Origin: Thermoproteota archaeon
GTDB lineage: Archaea > Korarchaeota > Korarchaeia > Korarchaeales > Korarchaeaceae
Assembly (NCBI GenBank): GCA_027491435.1
Contig: JAOZFG010000035.1
Location: 64,001 to 128,000, forward strand
DNA length: 64,000 nt
Direction: 5' to 3'
This document shows positions 57,644 to 64,000 of the stretch, in pieces. The translations under genes and the position numbers were made by a program. Under the pieces are notes generated by a model. The model worked only from the letters and a program-made list of their open reading frames with translations. It was not told the origin of the DNA and did not search any database. How positions within the stretch are numbered: position 1 is the first letter of the stretch; each line of letters opens with the position of its first letter.

Positions 57644-57721
57644 GGTGCGTTGCACTACGCACCTCTGTTTTCTTTAAAAAGTTTGCGTTCAGGCTGTTTA
57701 GCATTCCTTAAAATAAGGAAT
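57644..57721 (-). promoter_or_regulatory. trpB2 promoter region: TATA-like box and two inverted repeats
   Basis: TTTTTAAA at ~57673-57680 (minus strand); GGTGCGT-N6-ACGCACC at 57644-57663; ATTCCTTA-N3-TAAGGAAT at 57703-57721. Confidence 0.5.
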
Positions 57722-57769
57722 ACGAACTATACTGTTAACTATTTTTACTATAAGTAGTGAGTAGGGATT

Positions 57770-58033
57770 TTAGTACTCCTCCCCTTCCTCTCCCCAGAAC
57801 TCCTCGGTCTCCCACTCCATCTCTTCTTCCTCTTCCCAGATGTCCTCGTCTTCCCTCCAGGCCTCGTCTTCGATGCCTTCCTCTAAGAGGATAACTTCCT
57901 TAACCTCTCCTCCCTCGATGGTCACCTCGAGCAGAGCTCCGCACTTTGGGCACTGAACTTCCCCCTCGAATTCATCCTCATCGAGGAAGAACTCGTAACC
58001 GCATGACGGGCAGGTTATCTCCGGCACTGTCAA
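57770..58033 (-). CDS. LysW-like Zn-ribbon protein with extended acidic tail
   Basis: CPSCG...GEVQCPKCGALLEV core; C-terminus ...EEFWGEEGEEY. Confidence 0.7.
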   Translation of the reverse strand: MTVPEITCPSCGYEFFLDEDEFEGEVQCPKCGALLEVTIEGGEVKEVILLEEGIEDEAWREDEDIWEEEEEMEWETEEFWGEEGEEY

Positions 58034-58206
58034 CCCCGGGATGCTGAGGAGCCACCCATATATAAGCTTTCGTGAAGGGTTAGCTCTCTCTGAGGGTCTT
58101 TGTAAAGATGTAGGGGGCCCTTAAGACCATGTCGGGGACGCAACGATTATATCTGGAGTAACTCTCTGTCCATTGGCGTCCGGCGGGAGGGCAGGGATCT
58201 GCAGAG

Positions 58207-58902
58207 ATGCTAGCTCTAGGGGTCTCCGACGTCCATTCCCCAATATGGCTGAGAGAGTTGCAGGAAGAGGTCTCCAAGTGGGAGGACAAGGGCGTAGACC
58301 TCGTGCTCGTGGCCGGCGATTTAACCAATAAGGGGAATGTGGTTTATTATAGGAAGGCTATAAAAGTCCTTCTAAGGCTTGGCGCTAAAATAGTGGCAGT
58401 CTTTGGCAACGATGAATATGAGGAGGTGAAGGACAGGATAAGGAGGGATAACCCGGAGGTTATCTTCTTAGAAGATGAGTCGGTGATCTTGGAGCTAGGC
58501 GGAATGGAGGTCGGCATAGTGGGCTCTAAGGGGAGCTTGGAAACCCCCACCTCATGGCAGAGGAGGCACATCCCTGGAATAGAAGAAATTTATGAGGAAA
58601 GGGTAAACTTGGTGGGAGAGCTCTTGAGAGGACTTAAGTCCGACCTCAGGATATTGCTAACCCACTACGCCACCACCAGAGAAACCATGAGGGGTGAGAA
58701 TCCCAAGATATACAGGTTCCTAGGTCATAGGGGATATGAGAGGTACTTCAGGGAGGGGCTCGTCGACGTGGCAGTCCACGGCCACGTGCACAACGGAACG
58801 AAGGTTGCTAAGGTTGGAGGCACGATCGTTTATAACGTGGCGTTTCCACTTTGGAGGACCCTGGTGAAGATAGAGTATGGAGGGCTACAGCCCTTCTTCT
58901 AG
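58207..58902 (+). CDS. Calcineurin-like metallophosphoesterase
   Basis: SDVH, AGD, GNDE, THY and HGHVH. Confidence 0.88.
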   Translation: MLALGVSDVHSPIWLRELQEEVSKWEDKGVDLVLVAGDLTNKGNVVYYRKAIKVLLRLGAKIVAVFGNDEYEEVKDRIRRDNPEVIFLEDESVILELGGMEVGIVGSKGSLETPTSWQRRHIPGIEEIYEERVNLVGELLRGLKSDLRILLTHYATTRETMRGENPKIYRFLGHRGYERYFREGLVDVAVHGHVHNGTKVAKVGGTIVYNVAFPLWRTLVKIEYGGLQPFF

Positions 58903-59867
58903 TAGTTGGATTTGAGAAATTCGATTAACTTATCAGCCGGGCCCTTTATAAGCCCTATCAGGCAGAGGACCCTCTCGAGAGGGGAAAGGTTCAGCTTACC
59001 CCCGCAGGCGTAAGGATGACCTCCTCCGTCGAACTTCCTGCAGGCCACGCTCAGGTCTTGCCCTCCAACTCCTCGGTAGAGGGAGAACCTGACGCAGTTG
59101 TACAGCACCAGAACGAAGTCCACCGGCCTAGCCTCCACCAACCTTTTGGAGGCCTGTGAGCCCGGCCCTCCTCTTGGCCTGAAGTCTATAACGGCGAACT
59201 CTTTACCTGAGGCCGTTCTGTAGAACTTGACCCTGAAAAGGGCTTCCTTTATCCTCTCCTCGTCCCTCTCCATTAATTCCCTAGCCCTCTCCTCCACCTC
59301 AGCTGTGACTATCTCCCCATTTAACAGGTTCTCAGCCACCTTTCTGAGCCATTTACTTCCCCTGCAAACTGTTGCCAGTATTTTGCTCTCCCTTAAGGAG
59401 TAAGTCGCCGTATCGGCGTCGTTAGCAAGTTCCACGAGTTTAGGTATTATGTGGTCTCCGTCAAACACTTCATAGACGAGTTGAGCGGCGCTGGGAGCTG
59501 GCCTAACTATGAAGTTGACCCCGGGCACGTTGACCTCCGGCCACCTGTGGTGATCTATCCAGGTGATCTTCCACCCCTTAGACACCATCTTAACGAGGGC
59601 CCTTTCCACTTTATCCCTGTTGGAGTCATTTACCCCTATGTCGGTGACGTATAGCTCCCTTCCACTGGCGTGGGCGAGGGATTCAAGCACTTGGTGTATC
59701 TTCCTGGGGGTTGAGAACAGTAGAAGCCCGTCCCCCAACTTCTTTCTGAGCACTACGTAGCTGACCACGCCGTCTAAGTCCGTATGGGTTATAAAAATTC
59801 TGGAGGGAAGTGTCCCCAGAATCGACTTAAGCTTAAGCTTCAGAAGCCAGGCTTGATATTTCATCAA
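58899..59867 (-). CDS. DHH/DHHA1 phosphoesterase (NrnA/NrnB-like)
   Basis: HTDLDG, VTD, IDHH, SAA and GGGHPYACG. Confidence 0.88.
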   Translation of the reverse strand: MMKYQAWLLKLKLKSILGTLPSRIFITHTDLDGVVSYVVLRKKLGDGLLLFSTPRKIHQVLESLAHASGRELYVTDIGVNDSNRDKVERALVKMVSKGWKITWIDHHRWPEVNVPGVNFIVRPAPSAAQLVYEVFDGDHIIPKLVELANDADTATYSLRESKILATVCRGSKWLRKVAENLLNGEIVTAEVEERARELMERDEERIKEALFRVKFYRTASGKEFAVIDFRPRGGPGSQASKRLVEARPVDFVLVLYNCVRFSLYRGVGGQDLSVACRKFDGGGHPYACGGKLNLSPLERVLCLIGLIKGPADKLIEFLKSNY

Positions 59868-61371
59868 GAGAGGACCCTGCCAGGAACTTCCTTACAGCAT
59901 CAGGCAGATCCTTAACCTCCACTCTGACCTGCCTCATTGTGTCCCTGTCCCTGAAGGTTACGGTGTCATCTTCAAGGGTCTGGTGATCCACAGTAACGCA
60001 TATTGGTGTGCCTACCTCGTCCATCCTCCTGTACCTCTTGCCTATGCTGCCGGACTCATCGTAGAAGGCGTAGAACCCTTGCTCAATTAGCTGTCTGTAT
60101 ATCTCCCTAGCCCTCTCCGGCAATCCATCTCTCTTGAGAAGGGGAAACACGGCCACTTCAATTGGGGCTATGTGCCTGGGAAGCTGAAGCCAAACCCTCT
60201 CCTCATCCTCCCTGTAGGCAAGCATCAGCTCGTGGAAGATCACCCTGTCCAGGCCTATGGAGGGTTCGTACATGTGAGGGATCACCTTAACACCCCTATC
60301 GGTCATAACGCTTAGGTCCTTACTGGAAACCCTCATGTGCCCCTTGACGTCATAATCGGTCCTGTAAGCGTTGTTCACCAGTTCAACCCACCCCAGGTCT
60401 TCAGTGTAGACCTCCAGATCCCAATGGGCCAAAGCGTAGTGGGCCTTCTCCCCCTCTATCAATTCCCTGTACCTTAACCTGTCCAAGGGAAAGCCCAGAG
60501 TTTCATTGAAGAACTTCTGTACCCTAGCCAACCAGTAGGTTATCAGCGGGTTTATAGTGTAGCCGGTCTCAAGCCCCTCCCTAACAGTCATTTCAGTTAT
60601 ATTACCAGTTTCCCTGTCCTCCCTCTTGAGGAACCTTATCTTGTAGTCCATCAGGGGTTTCAACTTCTCCTCATACTTGCTCTGATCCTCTGGATCGAAG
60701 AATATGTGGAGCTCCAATTGCTGAAACTCCCTCATCCTGATGAGGGTCCTCCTTGGGGAGATCTCGTTCCTGAAAACCCTGCCTACCTGGGCGAGTATAA
60801 AAGGGAGCTTCCCTCTCATGACCATAAAGGAGGTCTTAAACTCGACTACGCTCCCTTGAGTGGTCTCAGGCCTTAAAGCCGCGTTTGGCTCTTCGGCTTC
60901 GGCTCCCACGGCTACGGTAAACATTAGGTTGAACTGTTTTATCTCGGTCCAGTCGAAGGCTCCACACTTGGGACACCTGATCCTGTTTTCCAGCACCAGC
61001 TTCAAGAGCTCTTCATCGGACATGCCTTCTAGGTTTTCCTCTATGCCTAAAGTTTCCTCTATTAACTTATCAACCCTGAACCTGGTGTGGCACCTCTTAC
61101 ACTCTATCAGCCTATCGAAGAAATGCTTTAGGTGGCCAGAGGCTTCGAACACCTTTATCGGCAGTATATGAGGGGTCTCTATCTCGTGAGCTCCTTCAGG
61201 GAGGACCAAGTTCATCCTCCAAAGCTTAATTATCTTCTCTTTCATTCTCAGGCCCAAAGGCCCATATACGTAGAAGCCTGCAGGCGCTCCCGGGTAGAGC
61301 TCCCTAGAGGAAGGCCAGAAGAACCCTCTCCTGAAGGCCAAGTCCACTACCTTGTCATAGATCTGCTGCAT
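59833..61371 (-). CDS. glyS: Glycine--tRNA ligase (alpha2, archaeal/eukaryal type)
   Basis: YGPLG, ASGH, FNLMF, LRPETTQG, FRNEISPR, EPSIGLDR and a GSIGKRYRR anticodon domain. Confidence 0.96.
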   Translation of the reverse strand: MQQIYDKVVDLAFRRGFFWPSSRELYPGAPAGFYVYGPLGLRMKEKIIKLWRMNLVLPEGAHEIETPHILPIKVFEASGHLKHFFDRLIECKRCHTRFRVDKLIEETLGIEENLEGMSDEELLKLVLENRIRCPKCGAFDWTEIKQFNLMFTVAVGAEAEEPNAALRPETTQGSVVEFKTSFMVMRGKLPFILAQVGRVFRNEISPRRTLIRMREFQQLELHIFFDPEDQSKYEEKLKPLMDYKIRFLKREDRETGNITEMTVREGLETGYTINPLITYWLARVQKFFNETLGFPLDRLRYRELIEGEKAHYALAHWDLEVYTEDLGWVELVNNAYRTDYDVKGHMRVSSKDLSVMTDRGVKVIPHMYEPSIGLDRVIFHELMLAYREDEERVWLQLPRHIAPIEVAVFPLLKRDGLPERAREIYRQLIEQGFYAFYDESGSIGKRYRRMDEVGTPICVTVDHQTLEDDTVTFRDRDTMRQVRVEVKDLPDAVRKFLAGSSLDEISSLASEA

Positions 61372-61936
61372 TGGCCCTCACCCAGTCGATTATGACCTTG
61401 GGAACCCCTGCTTCGTTTAAAATTATGTGCTCAATTTCTTTTTCGTTCATCCCCTCAGCCTTTAGCTTTCTGCTTAGATATCTGACAGTTTCCGCATATT
61501 CCCAGAAGTAGACCACCCAGGCGTCGGTCTCCTCCACATAATAGTCAGGTCTGACCTTGCTCCAAGGCTTGAAGTGGAGCGTAGCTACCTTCACTTCTGA
61601 GGCCCCCATATCCTTAACGTGCTGTATTGCCACCAGTAAGCTATCTCCAGTGTCAGCCACGTCGTCGACCAAGAGCACCTTCTCTCCGTCTACTCTGGTG
61701 TTCAGTGGCTCGGTGACCTCAACTATATCCTTGACCTCTAAGGCTGCGTAGTGAGTTATCCTTATCGCCTTGACCTTGTGTACGTCGAGCAGGTCGCTTA
61801 GCAGCCTAGCTACAACCATGCCCCCTCTAAGGATAGGAACCAACAGCGTTGGCCTATAGCCGGACTCTATTATCATGTCGGCTAACCTCATTGAGAGCTC
61901 GAACGCCCTTTCCGGATCCACCCGCAGGAACTTCAT
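61355..61936 (-). CDS. Purine phosphoribosyltransferase (type I PRTase)
   Basis: ILRGG, LVDDVADTGDSL and PDYY...WVVYFWE. ATG 61936 follows GGAGGTG. Confidence 0.9.
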   Translation of the reverse strand: MKFLRVDPERAFELSMRLADMIIESGYRPTLLVPILRGGMVVARLLSDLLDVHKVKAIRITHYAALEVKDIVEVTEPLNTRVDGEKVLLVDDVADTGDSLLVAIQHVKDMGASEVKVATLHFKPWSKVRPDYYVEETDAWVVYFWEYAETVRYLSRKLKAEGMNEKEIEHIILNEAGVPKVIIDWVRANAADL

Positions 61937-61938
61937 CT

Positions 61939-62229
61939 CTACACCTCCGGGCATGTACAGGGTATGTTACCGCATTTTGGACAGCCCTTTCCGTACCTGG
62001 AGATGAAAGCACCTTCTAAGTCCACTCCCAAGAGGTCAGCTACGCTTAAGAGCCAGGCAAACACATCAGCGAACTCTTCTCTAAGAGATGAGGGATCTCC
62101 ATCTCTTATAGCTCTGAATAGCTCACCTACTTCCTCGCCTAGGTGGATCACGGTTCTGTCAACTCCTCTTCTCCTGTCCCTCTTCCCGTAGATGTCCCTT
62201 ATCAGTTTTTGAGCCTCTGATATCCTCAA
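61939..62229 (-). CDS. MazG-like nucleotide pyrophosphohydrolase with C-terminal Cys cluster
   Basis: EEVGEL, EEFADVFAWL and CPKCGNIPCTC. Confidence 0.9.
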   Translation of the reverse strand: MRISEAQKLIRDIYGKRDRRRGVDRTVIHLGEEVGELFRAIRDGDPSSLREEFADVFAWLLSVADLLGVDLEGAFISRYGKGCPKCGNIPCTCPEV

Positions 62230-62239
62230 GAGCGTTCCC

Positions 62240-62401
62240 TCACAGCAGATGGAGCAATAGTATGGTTACGCCAGTTAGCGCTGACAGGAAGACTGGGAAC
62301 CACTTGGGCACCTTGATACCGCCCGCCTCCTCCGTGCTGAAGGTGAGGATACCCGCAACGGACATGGGCATGTAGTTACCCTTCCTCTTACCCTTCGGCA
62401 T
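62240..62401 (-). CDS. secG: Preprotein translocase subunit Sec61-beta (SecG), 53 aa, absent from the ORF track
   Basis: Hand translation gives MPKGKRKGNYMPMSVAGILTFSTEEAGGIKVPKWFPVFLSALTGVTILLLHLL. It has the P.S.AG...F..E...IKV.P motif and a C-terminal TM. Confidence 0.88.
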   Translation of the reverse strand: MPKGKRKGNYMPMSVAGILTFSTEEAGGIKVPKWFPVFLSALTGVTILLLHLL

Positions 62402-62473
62402 AACAACCCCTCGGGGTATTGAATTGCACTATTAAATTTATAGCGACCATCTAGGTTACCGCTCGGAGGCCTG

Positions 62474-63388
62474 ATGAGGGTCAGGTTCAAAAACGGCGTA
62501 GAGGTTGAGGGCAGGGAAACAAGGATACTCCTGGACCCTTTGAAGACCGAGCCCAACGTGACGGCTTTGATAACTCACGCCCACTCTGACCACGTGCCCA
62601 AGGACGTCAGAAGGCCTAAGGGCAGGGTGTTAACCAGTAGGGGAACTGCCAACATAATCAGGAGGAGGTATAAAGGCCAAGTTGAGGTAATCCAGGTGGG
62701 TAGGGAGTACAGGATAGGTGAGTTCCTAGTAAGAGCCTATCCAGTGGGTCACATTTACGGTTCAGTAGGCTACCTGATACAGGGCAAAGAGGCGACCATC
62801 TTTTACACTGGAGACGTGAACCCCAGGGGAGCGTTGACGGCTGAAGAACCCGAGATACCTGAAGTCGACGTCCTGATAGTGGAATCAACGTATGGCCTCC
62901 CCAAGTATAGGTTCCCAGACCAGCTCAGAGTAAGGGCAGATCTGGCCAAGTGGGCGGCAGAGAAAGTTAAACAGGGGAAGAACGCCGTGATAGAGGCCTA
63001 CGTGGTAGGCAAGTCCCAGGAGGTGATAGCCACCCTCAACTGGCTCACCAACTTGGAGGTTGTGGTATCCCCCAAGGTTGCGGAGGTCGCCAGGGCTTAC
63101 GAAGGGGTTAAGCTTGAGTTCAGCGAGGTGAGGCCAAGAGAACCTCACGTGTACGTCACGGGAAGGGCTAACGGCGATAAGGTTGTGGTGTCCGGGTGGG
63201 TAATAGATTACGGAGGGGGCTTCCCTCTGAGCTCTCACGCCGATTTTGACGGCCTCCTGGACGTAGTAGTCAAGTCGGGGGCCAGGAAGATACTTACGGT
63301 ATACGGGTTCTCTAGGTACTTCGCTGAATGGTTAAAAAATAGGGGAAAGAATGCAGAATTCCTCCGGGAAAGCTGGTTAGTTGTCTGA
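62474..63388 (+). CDS. MBL-fold / beta-CASP-like nuclease
   Basis: LLDP, THAHSDH, GHIYGS, YTGD, ESTYG.P, GKSQE and LSSHAD. Confidence 0.88.
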   Translation: MRVRFKNGVEVEGRETRILLDPLKTEPNVTALITHAHSDHVPKDVRRPKGRVLTSRGTANIIRRRYKGQVEVIQVGREYRIGEFLVRAYPVGHIYGSVGYLIQGKEATIFYTGDVNPRGALTAEEPEIPEVDVLIVESTYGLPKYRFPDQLRVRADLAKWAAEKVKQGKNAVIEAYVVGKSQEVIATLNWLTNLEVVVSPKVAEVARAYEGVKLEFSEVRPREPHVYVTGRANGDKVVVSGWVIDYGGGFPLSSHADFDGLLDVVVKSGARKILTVYGFSRYFAEWLKNRGKNAEFLRESWLVV

Positions 63389-63886
63389 TCACTTCTTCTT
63401 GGTGGTTATTCCGGGAATCTCCTCAGGAACAACTGAGGGTCTCTCTTTTATCGTCTCTAGCACTAGGGAAGTGTTGGTGTCCCTGAGCCCAGGTATGCTT
63501 TGTATCTTCCTGAGTATCTCGTTGAGCTCGGACTGGCTTCCAGCTATGACCTTAAGCAGGACGTCGTACTGTCCTGTTATTTCATGGACCTCAAGGACCG
63601 AGTTGCCCAGTATCTCTACGACCTTCCTGGCAACCTCGGAGTGCTTTCCGGGCTCGGTCTCAAGAAGTATTATATACTTGCTACCCTTACCAAGCTTAGA
63701 ATGGTCGATGAGCGCCGTGTACCCTTTCACTATTCCGAGCTCCTCAAGCTTCTTAACCTTCTTCATTACTCCGGCAGGGCTCATTCCCAGCTCTCTAGCT
63801 ATTTGGGTGTAGGTGATCCTTCCATTATCTACGAGCTTCCGGAGGATCTCTATCTCCTTAGCAGTTATTCCCTTAACTCTGGGCAT
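63389..63886 (-). CDS. Lrp/AsnC-family transcriptional regulator
   Basis: IARELGMS...KKLEELGIVKGY and EVHEITGQYD. Confidence 0.93.
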   Translation of the reverse strand: MPRVKGITAKEIEILRKLVDNGRITYTQIARELGMSPAGVMKKVKKLEELGIVKGYTALIDHSKLGKGSKYIILLETEPGKHSEVARKVVEILGNSVLEVHEITGQYDVLLKVIAGSQSELNEILRKIQSIPGLRDTNTSLVLETIKERPSVVPEEIPGITTKKK

Positions 63887-64000
63887 ATTAGATCCCTCCC
63901 AAGGGCTACCCGCATGTTAACTATAGGGGCACTATACCCTACATTTTTTGTGGGTAGAGAGTATATAAAGTTGCCTCATAAAGAGATGCCTAGCTGAGGT

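Noticed and set aside
58034-58206. Possible small RNA or ORF between the LysW-like and phosphoesterase genes
   Set aside because: Contains a TATA-like element, but I could find no convincing boxes, cloverleaf or RBS-led ORF.

Overview
About 64 kb of gene-dense chromosome from a thermophilic archaeon. RadA, PAC2 paralogs, a TET peptidase, archaeal-type GlyRS, TrpB2, Sec61-beta, heavy AGG/ATA codon use, GGTGA/GGAGG Shine-Dalgarno sites and frequent TTG/GTG starts suggest a TACK, Korarchaeia-like organism (inference). It is mostly housekeeping: tmk, prs, radA, ttuA, apgM, surE, porCDAB, a second 2-oxoacid:ferredoxin oxidoreductase, ask-asd, coaD, glyS and trpB2. There is a small accessory patch at ~25.8-30.7 kb (pilin, regulator, LEA-like repeat protein, decayed AbrB-VapC pair, acidic orphan) and an intact vapBC. 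I saw no rRNA, tRNA, CRISPR array or transposase. Most notable signals: (1) an operon of CstA, a small protein and two ArsA/Get3-like ATPases, the second with degenerate catalytic motifs; (2) a Met-Trp minigene with its own strong RBS in the trpB2 leader, and a similar Met-rich leader ORF ahead of the ask-asd operon, suggesting ribosome-based amino-acid sensing; (3) an unannotated C/D box sRNA that fits 23S rRNA helix 69; (4) a probable ATA start for radA; (5) several carrier or enzyme homologs lacking their canonical motifs. All family assignments come from reading motifs by eye; no database searches were run.
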